From: Bacillota bacterium
Lineage (GTDB): Bacteria; Bacillota_I; Bacilli_A; RFN20; CAG-826
Assembly (NCBI GenBank): GCA_030834445.1
Contig: JAURFC010000001.1
Coordinates: forward strand, 150,544 to 214,543
Length of the DNA stretch: 64,000 nucleotides
Direction: 5' to 3'
Below the pieces are notes generated by a model that made no database searches, had not been told where the DNA came from, and saw only the letters and a program-made list of their open reading frames with translations. The position numbers and the translations under genes were made by a program. This document shows, in pieces, positions 7,965 to 17,959 of the stretch; position 1 is the first letter of the stretch, and each line of letters begins with the position of its first letter.

Positions 7965-10550
7965 TTACAATTGTTTTAATTTTTCTTCAATAATCGCAAG
8001 TTTTTGCATATGAAGTGCGCGTTTATCTTTTTCTTCTTCGACTTTCGCTTCGGGAGCTTTCGCTAAAAAGTTCGGGTTAGCAAGCATTTTTTCCGCGCGG
8101 TCAATTTCCGCTTTTTCAAACGCTTGTTGACTTAACAAGGTTTGTTTCATCGCCACTAAGTCGACTTTTTGTTCAATGACCAAACTTCCCATCGGATAGA
8201 CAAACCGTTCTACGTGAACCGAAGGGGCAACTGTTTTAAAGGAAACTTCAGAAAATGTCATCCGTTGGATCAACGCGCTGTAAGGTTGTACGTCAATTTG
8301 CGTCACATCAATCGCTAATTGCAGCGAGGCATTCGGTGCTAATTGATGACGGACTTTGTACGCACGAACATCTTGAATGACCGTTTGAATAAAGCCATAA
8401 ATACCGCGATCGTTTGAAAGCGATAAAACCTGGGGAAAACGTTCGAGGAAAATCGAAGTTTGATGACCTGGCAAGCGACTGTAAATTTCTTCGGTAATAA
8501 AAGGAGCAAACGGATGAAGCATGATCAAAATCGCTTTTAAACCTTCAAAGAGAATGGATAACGTGACCAGACGATGTGAATCGGCGTCGGATTGTAAGTG
8601 GACTTTCGAAAATTCTAAATACCACGAACAAAATTCATCATAAACAAAGTCATACATCAATTTCGAGGCAAACCCGATTTCATATTTATCTAAATTTAAT
8701 TTCACATTGCCAATCAATTGATTCAATCGGGTTAATAAGCCGATATCTAAATCATTCAAGGTCGCCTTTTCTAAATTCACTGGCTTAAAATCCTCAGGTA
8801 AATAACTCAAAATAAAGCGTGCAGAATTCCAAATTTTGTTTAAGTAGTTCGCTTGCGCTTCTACTTTTTCTTCAATGTAACGTGTATCTTGACCGGGACT
8901 AGAATTGGAAGCAAGGTAAATGCGTAATGCATCCGTCCCAAATTGATCAATGACTTGAATCGGATCCACGCCATTACCAAGAGATTTCGACATTTTTCGT
9001 CCTTGTGCGTCCCGAATAATCCCATGAATCAAAACATCTTCAAAGGGTTTTTGTCCTAAAAAATGTAAGGATTGAAATGCCATTCGTGCGACCCAAAAGA
9101 AGATAATGTCATACCCAGTCACCATGGTTGAGGTGGGAAAATAGGCTTTTAATAAATGCGTTTGATCGGGCCAACCGAGGGTAGAAAATGGCCATAGAGC
9201 AGAAGAAAACCAGGTATCAAGAACATCGGAATCTTGGATATAATCCTCACTATTTTTGGGGGCTTCAACACCCACATAGACTTCCCCCGTTTGTCGATGA
9301 TACCAAGCGGGGATTTGATGACCCCACCATAATTGGCGAGAAATACACCAATCTTCTACTTTTTCCATCCATTGTTGCAAGGTTGCTTCAAAGCGGTCAG
9401 GAAAAAATCGTATTTTTTGATCAGAGGCTTGTAAGTCAAGGACATGTTGGGCAAGTGGTTTCATTTTGACAAACCATTGTTTGGATAAATACGGTTCAAC
9501 AATGGCATCACTTCGCTCGGAATGACCGACCGCGTGGATGATGGATTCAATTTTAAGAAGATTACCTTCGTGGCGAATCCGTTCAACCAGTTGACGACGG
9601 CATTCAAACCGGTCGAGTCCAGCAAAGGATCCCGCTCGTTCATTCATCGTGCCATTTTTATTCATACATAAGGGGCGTTCAAGCTGATGGCGTTCACTGA
9701 TGGCAAAGTCATTGGCATCATGCGCTGGGGTACATTTCATGACCCCTGTTCCAAAGGCAACATCGACATAATCATCGGCTATAATCGGTAATTTTTCATG
9801 ATTGGCAGGATTGATTGCATAGCGACCGATTAACGAACGATAACGTTCATCCTTTGGATTGACGACCAGACAAACATCACCAAACATCGTTTCCGGGCGG
9901 GTGGTCGCAACCGATAAATGGGTCGTTCCATCATCAAGAACATAATCAAAATAATAAAAATGACCTTCAATGTCTTTATGAATGACCTCAATATTGGAAA
10001 GTGCGGTTTGTTGATCAGGATCCCAGTTAATAATCCGTTCACCTTGATAAATTAACCCTTCACGATATAACTTAATAAATACTTCTTTGACGGCATGCGA
10101 TAATCCTTCATCCAGGGTAAAACGTTCTAAATCGGGATTAAGCGCTAGTCCAAGTTTGCCCCATTGACGGCGAATATTTTTCGCGTATTCATCTTTCCAT
10201 TCCCACATTTTTTCTAAGAATTTTTCTCGACCCAAATCGTAACGAGAAATGCCTTGCGCCCGTAATTTAGCCTCAACGACTGCTTGCGTGGCAATGCCGG
10301 CATGGTCCATCCCAGGAAGATATAACGTATCTTTGCCAAGGCTATGATGATAACGAATTAAAATGTCTTGTAACGTATTATCCCAAGCGTGACCTAAGTG
10401 GAGTTTTCCGGTGACATTGGGTGGAGGAATGACAATCGTATATTTTTCTGGACGGGATGGATCCAGTTGAAATAATTTTTCCTTAATCCAAAATTCATAT
10501 TTTCCCGCTTCAACGAGTTTGGGGTCATAACGTTTTGCTAAACTTTCCAT
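7965..10550 (-). CDS. valS: Valine--tRNA ligase
   Basis: 861 aa, HIGH (PNVTGKLHLGHA) and KMSKS motifs, C-terminal coiled coil. Confidence 0.97.
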   Translation of the reverse strand: MESLAKRYDPKLVEAGKYEFWIKEKLFQLDPSRPEKYTIVIPPPNVTGKLHLGHAWDNTLQDILIRYHHSLGKDTLYLPGMDHAGIATQAVVEAKLRAQGISRYDLGREKFLEKMWEWKDEYAKNIRRQWGKLGLALNPDLERFTLDEGLSHAVKEVFIKLYREGLIYQGERIINWDPDQQTALSNIEVIHKDIEGHFYYFDYVLDDGTTHLSVATTRPETMFGDVCLVVNPKDERYRSLIGRYAINPANHEKLPIIADDYVDVAFGTGVMKCTPAHDANDFAISERHQLERPLCMNKNGTMNERAGSFAGLDRFECRRQLVERIRHEGNLLKIESIIHAVGHSERSDAIVEPYLSKQWFVKMKPLAQHVLDLQASDQKIRFFPDRFEATLQQWMEKVEDWCISRQLWWGHQIPAWYHRQTGEVYVGVEAPKNSEDYIQDSDVLDTWFSSALWPFSTLGWPDQTHLLKAYFPTSTMVTGYDIIFFWVARMAFQSLHFLGQKPFEDVLIHGIIRDAQGRKMSKSLGNGVDPIQVIDQFGTDALRIYLASNSSPGQDTRYIEEKVEAQANYLNKIWNSARFILSYLPEDFKPVNLEKATLNDLDIGLLTRLNQLIGNVKLNLDKYEIGFASKLMYDFVYDEFCSWYLEFSKVHLQSDADSHRLVTLSILFEGLKAILIMLHPFAPFITEEIYSRLPGHQTSIFLERFPQVLSLSNDRGIYGFIQTVIQDVRAYKVRHQLAPNASLQLAIDVTQIDVQPYSALIQRMTFSEVSFKTVAPSVHVERFVYPMGSLVIEQKVDLVAMKQTLLSQQAFEKAEIDRAEKMLANPNFLAKAPEAKVEEEKDKRALHMQKLAIIEEKLKQL

Positions 10551-10773
10551 GGGTTTCTCCTTAAAATAAAAAAACGTCCTTCGATAAGGACGCCGCAGCG
10601 TGGTACCACCTTAATTAATACCGTTGCCGGTATTCACTTGAGACTCGATAACGTTGAGTAGACGCCCGAAGGAAACGACGATAAACGACTTCAATCCGCG
10701 ATTTTAACCTGCTTGCATCAACCCAGGCTTTCTTTGATAAAATCGGATGGATTTACTCCTTTTATCTTCTTTA
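10551..10773 (-). promoter_or_regulatory. T-box riboswitch leader of valS
   Basis: Minus-sense AATTAAGGTGGTACCACGCTGCGG T-box motif (plus-strand cgtggtaccaccttaatt around 10590-10609) followed by terminator hairpin GCGTCCTTATCGAAGGACGTTTTTTT. Confidence 0.85.
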
Positions 10774-11373
10774 TTATACCGAGTTTGGGGATGATTTCAA
10801 CGATAAGAAATCTTGCAACGTATGCCGTAATATTTGAATGGATTTCGCATGATCAACCGCGGTAAACACCGCTTGTTTTTCCGAGAGACCAATCGCCTTA
10901 ATATGTTTCAATAACGAAGCTTTTTCCGATTGATTGAGCTTATCCATTTTGGTAAAGACGACTAAAATATTCATCGATTGATTCAACGTATGAATAAAGC
11001 CAATATCCTCTTCTTTTAAACCCCGACGCCCATCGATTAAATAAAGGCCTAACGAAGGTTTCGCAATTTGAAAATAACCTTCCATCATCACCGCAAACTG
11101 TGCGAGTTCTTGTTTCCCTTTTAAGGTAAATCCAAATCCTGGGGCATCCACCAAATAAAACGTATCATCCACATTAAAATAATTGAGATAACGTGTTTTT
11201 CCTGGTTTCGTAGAGACTTTTGCAAGATTTTTGGTTTGGGTTAAGGCGTTAATTAAACTACTTTTTCCGACATTAGAACGTCCAATAAAAATGACTTCTG
11301 GTAAAGGAAAAGACGGACGTTGAGATACATCAACGACCGTCTTAACAAAGGTTGTGTTTTGAAATTGAATCAC
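10774..11373 (-). CDS. engB: Ribosome biogenesis GTPase EngB/YsxC
   Basis: G1 GRSNVGKSS; start overlaps the lon stop (ATGA), as in the Bacillus lon-ysxC arrangement. Confidence 0.9.
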   Translation of the reverse strand: MIQFQNTTFVKTVVDVSQRPSFPLPEVIFIGRSNVGKSSLINALTQTKNLAKVSTKPGKTRYLNYFNVDDTFYLVDAPGFGFTLKGKQELAQFAVMMEGYFQIAKPSLGLYLIDGRRGLKEEDIGFIHTLNQSMNILVVFTKMDKLNQSEKASLLKHIKAIGLSEKQAVFTAVDHAKSIQILRHTLQDFLSLKSSPNSV

Positions 11374-13718
11374 GCTTTCACAGGAGCGACTAGCGTGGAC
11401 GTAATCGCTTCATCCACTGATTTAATGTAAATGATTTTTAAGTTTTCTTTGACTTCCTTGGCTAAATCATCGACATTTTTTCGGTTTTCATCGGGAATGA
11501 GGACGGTTTTAATGCCGCTGCGTAAGGCGGCAATCGTTTTTTCACGTAAACCCCCAATGGCAAGGACATTACCTCGCAAGGTGACTTCCCCGGTCATCGC
11601 CACTTCACTCGATGCATGACGTCCCGTTAACGCGGAGATCATCGCCACCGTCATCGTGACCCCAGCAGACGGACCATCTTTGGGTACAGCCCCTTCAGGC
11701 ACGTGAACGTGAATATCGCGTTCTTTAAAGATTTTTGATTCGATGCCGTATTTATCGGCGTTCGCTTGAATGTAATCTAAGGCGATTTGTGCCGATTCTT
11801 TCATGACTTCACCGAGTTTACCCGTTAATACGAGGCGACCTGATCCAGGGAAGTGATTCACTTCAATCGGTAAGATATCGCCACCATACGGCGTGTAGGC
11901 TAACCCTGTTACAACCCCGATTTGGTTGGATTTTTCTTTTTTTGAGTTATCAAAGATTTCCACCCCTAAATATTTACGAACTTCTTTGGGGGTCACTTTA
12001 ATGGAGGTAATTTTGGGATCTTGGAGCAATTCAACCACGGCTTTTCGGCAAATCGAGGCAATTTTGCGTTCGAGTTCACGAACCCCTGCTTCCCGCGTAT
12101 AAAATTCGATGATACAGCCTAAAGATTCCCGATTAAAACTCAGTTGATCGGGAGTTAAACCATTCGCTAAGAGTTGTTTGGCAATCAAGTGACGATTGGC
12201 AATTTCAATTTTTTCCATTTCTGTATACGAATTGACTTCGATCAGTTCGAGGCGGTCACGTAAGGGTCCTGGGATATCTTCTAAATAGTTCGCAGTCGCA
12301 ATAAACATGACATTACTTAAGTCATACGGTTCTTCAAGATAATTATCGTTGAAAGCAAAGTTTTGTTCCGGGTCTAAGACTTCTAGTAAGGCACTGGCAG
12401 GATCTCCTTTATAAGAGGATGCGAGTTTATCCACTTCGTCAAGGAGGAAGACCGGATTCACGACCCCCGTTTTCTTCAGTCCATTTAAAATACGACCCGG
12501 CATCGAGCCCACATACGTTCGACGATGCCCGCGAATTTCAGCTTCATCGGAAATTCCCCCGAGTGAGGCTTTAAAGAATTTACGACCAAGAGCACGAGAA
12601 ATAGAGCGCGCTAAGGATGTTTTCCCAACTCCGGGTGGCCCGTAAAAGCAAAGAATTGGTGCCTTTAAACTGCCTGTCATTTTCTTCACCGCAAGATATT
12701 CAATAATGCGTTTTTTGACTTTATCAAGACCATAATGATCTTCATCAAGAATCGTTTGTACATTGGTGAGATCATCATTATCGGAGGTCCGTTGCCACCA
12801 CGGTAAATCGAGCATTAATTCCACATAGGATTTGATTAAGGACGATTCTAAGCTACTTGATGGCATCATTTCTGCACGTTTTAATTCTGCACGTACTTTG
12901 GTTTTAACATGATCGGGATATTGACCATCTTCAAGACGTTTTAATAAGGATTCTTCTGAATCCGTGGAATCAGGATTTTCACCCAATTCGGCTTTAATCG
13001 CCTTTAATTTTTCGCGTAGAAAATATTCTCGTTGATTTTTCTCCGCGGATTTACGAACTTCATCTTGTAAATGTTTATCGATATCGGCAATTTCTTTTTC
13101 TTCATTGACCGCATCTAAAACCATTTTGAGTCGTTCATTAATATCGAGTGTTTCTAACAGTTTTTGTTTTTGTTCCACGGGCATAGGAAGTAAATTACCG
13201 AGTAAATCGGTAATATCATTCGCGGAAACGCCTTTGGATAATTGCGAAATCACATCGCGGGGAAGACGATTCGTAATCGATTGCATGCCTTCCAAACTGG
13301 AAATGATATTGCGAACGAGTGCCACTTCAGTTTTGTGATCACCAGCAAGATCTTCGACTTTTTCGGCTTCCGCCATCCACGTGGTATCCGTTTTTTCTAA
13401 TTTCGTAATGACGACACGGGCAAGGGGCAATACACGTAAACGTGTGTAACGTTTTAACGCCGTAATGTTTGACATGCGGCAAATCGTACCCACTTTGAAC
13501 ATTTCTTCTTCATTCGGATCATCAATTTCGGGTGATTTTTGCGAAACGACTAAAATTAAGTCATTGCCATCCATTTTGGCGACATCAATCGCACTCACCG
13601 AAAACGGACGACCGGCTTCGATCGATTGTATTTGGTTCGGGAACAAGACCATGCCTCGAGTAATGAGTAATGGTAAGTGATACGTTTCTTTTTTCATACA
13701 TTTCCCCTCTTTTAGCAA
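11370..13718 (-). CDS. lon: ATP-dependent protease LonA
   Basis: 782 aa with Lon N-domain, AAA+ Walker A GPPGVGKTS and C-terminal protease domain with catalytic Ser in PKDGPSAG. Confidence 0.97.
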   Translation of the reverse strand: MLKEGKCMKKETYHLPLLITRGMVLFPNQIQSIEAGRPFSVSAIDVAKMDGNDLILVVSQKSPEIDDPNEEEMFKVGTICRMSNITALKRYTRLRVLPLARVVITKLEKTDTTWMAEAEKVEDLAGDHKTEVALVRNIISSLEGMQSITNRLPRDVISQLSKGVSANDITDLLGNLLPMPVEQKQKLLETLDINERLKMVLDAVNEEKEIADIDKHLQDEVRKSAEKNQREYFLREKLKAIKAELGENPDSTDSEESLLKRLEDGQYPDHVKTKVRAELKRAEMMPSSSLESSLIKSYVELMLDLPWWQRTSDNDDLTNVQTILDEDHYGLDKVKKRIIEYLAVKKMTGSLKAPILCFYGPPGVGKTSLARSISRALGRKFFKASLGGISDEAEIRGHRRTYVGSMPGRILNGLKKTGVVNPVFLLDEVDKLASSYKGDPASALLEVLDPEQNFAFNDNYLEEPYDLSNVMFIATANYLEDIPGPLRDRLELIEVNSYTEMEKIEIANRHLIAKQLLANGLTPDQLSFNRESLGCIIEFYTREAGVRELERKIASICRKAVVELLQDPKITSIKVTPKEVRKYLGVEIFDNSKKEKSNQIGVVTGLAYTPYGGDILPIEVNHFPGSGRLVLTGKLGEVMKESAQIALDYIQANADKYGIESKIFKERDIHVHVPEGAVPKDGPSAGVTMTVAMISALTGRHASSEVAMTGEVTLRGNVLAIGGLREKTIAALRSGIKTVLIPDENRKNVDDLAKEVKENLKIIYIKSVDEAITSTLVAPVKA

Positions 13719-13726
13719 TTCTCTAT

Positions 13727-13790
13727 GATGAGTGCTAAAAACATTATAACAAACACTTTAGCACTTGCAAGGAATAAGTGCTAATTCGGA
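13727..13790 (-). promoter_or_regulatory. lon promoter (TTGCAA-N17-TATAAT, minus sense) overlapping a CIRCE/HrcA operator
   Basis: TTAGCACTT-N9-AAGTGCTAA at 13758-13784 plus a third half-site GAGTGCTAA at 13727-13735; CIRCE consensus is TTAGCACTC-N9-GAGTGCTAA. Confidence 0.8.
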
Positions 13791-13814
13791 AAGGGCGGAA
13801 TAAAAAATCCTTGC

Positions 13815-15089
13815 TTAGCTGTTGTTCTTAATTAAGAATTCTTTGATGTAGCGATCGCGAATATCGGAACGGAAGCGAGCTAAGTTCGGTTTGAGAATGT
13901 CTTTGACTTTTTCAAATTCCATTTTGTATTGTTCCGCAATTTTGGCAATTTCAAAGTCGACAAGTTCTTCGGTGACTTCGATGGATTCTAATTCAGCAAT
14001 CTTATTGGCAACAAGGGAAGCACGTAAAATATCTTCCGCTTGTTGGTGGAGCGTATCGTGGAATTGTTGTTCGGTTTGACCTAACGCTTTTAAGTATTGT
14101 TCTTTGGTTTGATTGCGTTGTTTTAATTTATTGTTTAAATCCTCTTCCATCGCATGCATTTGTTCATGAATGGCTTCGTGAGGAAGATCAATGTCAGCTT
14201 CTTTGGCAATATGCATGAGCAAGTCGGAATAAAATTTGTCGTCGCCTTGTTTTTGCTTATTCGCGGTTAATTTTTGTTTGGTGTAATCTTTAAATTGTTC
14301 AACGGTTTTGACATTTTTAAGGTTCATGTCTTTAAAAAGGTTTTCATCCATTTCTGGAAGTTTTTTGCCTTTCACTTCATGAACTTTAATTTTAAAAACA
14401 GCTGGTTTAGAAGCAAGTTCGGCATTATAGTTTTCTGGGAACGTGACGTGTAAATCTTTGGTATCGCCTGCTTTTAAACCAACCATTTGGTCTTCAAAAC
14501 CTGGAATAAATTGGCCAGTGCCTAATTCAAGGGAATAGTTTTCCGCTTTCCCACCTTCAAAAGCGACATCATTCACGAACCCTTCGAAGTCAAAGACAAC
14601 CGTATCGCCTAAGGCTGCTTCACCTTCTTTAAGGACAAGTTCAGCATGATTTTTAATGGCATCGTCCATGTCTTTTTGAATTTCTTCATCACTCACGGTC
14701 ACCGCATCGCGTTTCACCGGTAAGTTTTTATAGTTTTTCAACGTCACTTCAGGGACTAAAATCACCGTTGCTTTTAGTTCTAGGTCATTGTCAGATACTT
14801 TACTGACATCCACTTGTGGACGGGATAAGGGATTCAAGTTTTCTTCGCGAATCACAGCCGAATAGGCATTCGGTAACACATCATTAATCGCCGTATCATA
14901 AAGTTTGCTTGGGTTGATGCGTGCTTTGAGCATGGCTTCCGGCGCTTTACCAGGACGGAATCCGTCAATTTTAATATCTTTTGCGAGTTTATTAAATGCA
15001 TTTTTTTGGGCTTTTTTCCATTCTTCTGCATCAAAGACCATCGTGATTTCCACGCGTGAATTTTCAAGTTTTTTAACCGTGTGTTTCAT
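13815..15089 (-). CDS. tig: Trigger factor
   Basis: 424 aa with ribosome-binding N-domain (GFRPGKAP signature) and FKBP-type PPIase middle domain. Confidence 0.95.
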   Translation of the reverse strand: MKHTVKKLENSRVEITMVFDAEEWKKAQKNAFNKLAKDIKIDGFRPGKAPEAMLKARINPSKLYDTAINDVLPNAYSAVIREENLNPLSRPQVDVSKVSDNDLELKATVILVPEVTLKNYKNLPVKRDAVTVSDEEIQKDMDDAIKNHAELVLKEGEAALGDTVVFDFEGFVNDVAFEGGKAENYSLELGTGQFIPGFEDQMVGLKAGDTKDLHVTFPENYNAELASKPAVFKIKVHEVKGKKLPEMDENLFKDMNLKNVKTVEQFKDYTKQKLTANKQKQGDDKFYSDLLMHIAKEADIDLPHEAIHEQMHAMEEDLNNKLKQRNQTKEQYLKALGQTEQQFHDTLHQQAEDILRASLVANKIAELESIEVTEELVDFEIAKIAEQYKMEFEKVKDILKPNLARFRSDIRDRYIKEFLIKNNS

Positions 15090-15166
15090 AAATTGTTCCT
15101 CTTATTTCTTGGCGTAATCGCCATCAACTTTTCAATTATACAATGTTCGCAAAAAAAGTTAATCTT

Positions 15167-16045
15167 TTATAACTTCAAAATGGTTTCAAGATGATGTCTT
15201 TTTTTCGCAATGATACCTTTTTCTGACTCTGAAAAATCATCATCATTTATCGGTAATTGCAAATACGTTTGTGCGGTTTGAATCAGCGCAGTGTAAAAGT
15301 AATATTCGAAGTCGAGTTCATAGGGAACCATGCGGAGAACATAAGCGCTCATTAAGGAGCTAGCAACCTGAAACAACGAAGGATCTTTGATGCGTTTTTT
15401 AAGTTCTTCTTTCGCATTTTCCACCGTTCCATCCATAAACGGATTAACGGCGTCAATCGGATTAAACTGTAATAACTGCAGACCTTTTTTTAACGCGATG
15501 ACTTCATCAAACTTAAAATCGATAAGCATGAGCATTAAAAAACCTTTCACAGGTTGGGAGGCATCCCCGCGTAAGGTTTCCTTAATTAATTCGCGCAGTT
15601 GGTAGGCATGTATCGGTTTCATTTGCGGAATCAAATCTAATAAAAGGGCTTCTTTTTTTTCTTTTAACGCCTTTTCTAAGGTGGCTAAATAATCAAACGG
15701 TTTTGCCTCTTTACCGCGATAGTAAAGCCGACGAATTTCAGCAATCAGTTCTTCGGATTCTTGATTTATGTAGGGTAAATCTTCATAAGCGCTAATAAGG
15801 CGTTCATGCCCCTCAAGATGGCGATCATTTTTGACAATCTCTCGATGAATTTTTAAAAAGGTCGGCAGGGATTGTGTAAGTAACGTTAACGTATTCGCCA
15901 TCACCGCTAAAACACGGGCATGCGCCCCTAATCCCAATAAACCAATCAAGTGGTAACGAATCGTGTTTAAATCATGCAACGAAGCTGTGACTTCCACTAA
16001 CGTCGCGAAATCTTGGTTTTGATAAAGTTTGGCATAATCATGCAT
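15167..16045 (-). CDS. Hypothetical all-helical protein, 292 aa, no recognisable motif
   Basis: Clean ORF lying between tRNA-Arg and tig; no family recognised by eye. Confidence 0.5.
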   Translation of the reverse strand: MHDYAKLYQNQDFATLVEVTASLHDLNTIRYHLIGLLGLGAHARVLAVMANTLTLLTQSLPTFLKIHREIVKNDRHLEGHERLISAYEDLPYINQESEELIAEIRRLYYRGKEAKPFDYLATLEKALKEKKEALLLDLIPQMKPIHAYQLRELIKETLRGDASQPVKGFLMLMLIDFKFDEVIALKKGLQLLQFNPIDAVNPFMDGTVENAKEELKKRIKDPSLFQVASSLMSAYVLRMVPYELDFEYYFYTALIQTAQTYLQLPINDDDFSESEKGIIAKKRHHLETILKL

Positions 16046-16080
16046 AAAGATTCCTTTAAAATGAATATTCCCTCGGTGAA

Positions 16081-16157
16081 GGGAATATTCATGGCGTCCC
16101 CAAAACGATTCGAACGTTTGACCTACAGCTTAGAAGGCTGTTGCTCTATCCAGCTGA
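16081..16157 (-). tRNA. tRNA-Arg (anticodon TCT), including encoded 3' CCA
   Basis: Manual cloverleaf: acceptor GTCCCCA/TGGGGAC, D-stem GCTC/GAGC, anticodon stem ACAGC/GCTGT with loop CTTCTAA, T-arm AAACG-TTCGAAT-CGTTT; 74 nt plus CCA. Confidence 0.9.
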
Positions 16158-16192
16158 GCTATGGGGACAACACCGTTATTTTAGCATTATTC

Positions 16193-17959
16193 TTAAAGGG
16201 TTTTAAGTGATTGTAATTTTTCAAACAACGTGAGGGCGACCTCATCGGGCAAGATTTGCTGTAACTCTTCCAGCGGTGCCATTTTTAATCCATCCAATGT
16301 CGGATAGCGTTTTTCAAGCATAGCCCTTCGTGTCGGTCCCAGTCCCGTAATGCCATCAAAAATGGATTGGGTCATCGCTTTCGAGCGCAATCGACGATGG
16401 AAGCCAATGGCAAAGCGATGTACTTCATCTTGCATACGAACTAAAAAGAAAAAGACATTGGGGGTATCGGTTAATGCAAACACTTCCCCTTCGGCATTTA
16501 ATAACCCTTTGGTTTGGTGTTTGATGTTTTTAAATAAACCTACCACAGGAAGTGACACTCCTACATCTTTTAAGGCGCGCAAGGCCGCATTGAGTTGGGT
16601 TTCCCCACCATCCACAATTAAAAGTTGAGGCATGGGACTCCCTTCTTTTTTTAACCGGGCATAGCGTCGTGATACGACTTCATACATCGCTCCAGGATCA
16701 TCTTGACGATGCTCTTCATCCAAATGATACGTTCGATACATTTTTTTAACCGGTTCACCATTGATAAAAACAATTAAAGCCCCGACGGGTTGATTGCCTT
16801 GTAAATGGGAATTATCAATCATCTCAATGTGATACGGCGTGGGAATGGACAAGGTCATCCCTAATGTTTCTAGTAATGTAAGTTTGTCGTCATCGAGTCG
16901 GGCGGTTAAAAAGTGATCATCCAGCGTTTGAATCGCGTTTTCTTGAACGAGTTTCATCAATTCAAATAAAGTGCCTTTTTCCACTCGAATCATTTCGATA
17001 CCAATCGTGGATTCCACCATCGATTGCAACGGAGGATAATTGAGTAAAAGTTGTTTCGGTAAGGGTTTATCGCGGTAATATTGGCCGAGTAATTGTTCAA
17101 GCTGTTCTTCAAGTTCACCAAAGCGTTCCACGACAAAGCTTCCTTTTCCAAGGAGGATGCCACGTCGGAAGACGAAAACGGCTAAGGCCAAATACCCTTC
17201 CCGTTCCGAAAATGCCATAATATCACGATCAATAAGGTCATGAATTTCTACACGTTGGGCATCCACGATATGATCAATATCATCCAAAATCGTTTTATAA
17301 TCACGGGCATTTTCAAATTGTAATTGATCAATCGCCTCATTCATTTTTTGAGTATAGGTCGCTTTAACGGCTTTGACATCCCCTTTTAAAAAGGTGGTAA
17401 TTTGAGTGGCTAAATCATCGTAAACATCTTGGGGAATATCATGAATGCACGGTGCTAAACATTGTCCAATATGAAAATATAAACAGGCAGCTTTCGGCAT
17501 TACATTACATTTGCGTAAAGGAAAGATTTTATTAAGTAACCCAATCATTCGATACGCGGAACGCGAGGAAGGATACGGGCCAAAATAATAATATTTTTTA
17601 TCTTTGTTGTTACGCATGATACGTAAATAAGGATCATTCCCTTTACGGAGGGCAATGTAAGGATAATGCGAGCCTTCTTTGAGCATGATGTTATAGCGTG
17701 GGTAATGTTCATGAATCAAATTCATTTCTAAGACGAGCGCTTCTTTTTCATTGGTGGTTATGATGGTGTCAAAGGTTTCAATATGTTGAACCATCGCATG
17801 AACTTTACCCCATTGCGGACGCAAAAAATACTGACTTACGCGTTTGGATAAATCTTTCGCTTTCCCTACATAAATGATTTTTTCTGAGCCATCCTTCATT
17901 AAATAGACGCCAGGTTTTGTCGGTAAGGTTTGTAAAAGGGTACGAACTTTTTCTGTCAT
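16193..17959 (-). CDS. uvrC: Excinuclease ABC subunit C
   Basis: GIY-YIG N-terminus (GVYLMKD...IYVGKAKDLSKR), UvrBC-interacting and HhH C-terminal regions; 588 aa. Confidence 0.95.
   Translation of the reverse strand: MTEKVRTLLQTLPTKPGVYLMKDGSEKIIYVGKAKDLSKRVSQYFLRPQWGKVHAMVQHIETFDTIITTNEKEALVLEMNLIHEHYPRYNIMLKEGSHYPYIALRKGNDPYLRIMRNNKDKKYYYFGPYPSSRSAYRMIGLLNKIFPLRKCNVMPKAACLYFHIGQCLAPCIHDIPQDVYDDLATQITTFLKGDVKAVKATYTQKMNEAIDQLQFENARDYKTILDDIDHIVDAQRVEIHDLIDRDIMAFSEREGYLALAVFVFRRGILLGKGSFVVERFGELEEQLEQLLGQYYRDKPLPKQLLLNYPPLQSMVESTIGIEMIRVEKGTLFELMKLVQENAIQTLDDHFLTARLDDDKLTLLETLGMTLSIPTPYHIEMIDNSHLQGNQPVGALIVFINGEPVKKMYRTYHLDEEHRQDDPGAMYEVVSRRYARLKKEGSPMPQLLIVDGGETQLNAALRALKDVGVSLPVVGLFKNIKHQTKGLLNAEGEVFALTDTPNVFFFLVRMQDEVHRFAIGFHRRLRSKAMTQSIFDGITGLGPTRRAMLEKRYPTLDGLKMAPLEELQQILPDEVALTLFEKLQSLKTL

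Noticed and set aside
15090-15166. 12-codon mini-ORF (MAITPRNKRNNL) whose stop overlaps the tig ATG
   Set aside because: It has no SD, is too short and lies in an AT-rich promoter region; it is most likely a chance ORF within the tig promoter/5' UTR.
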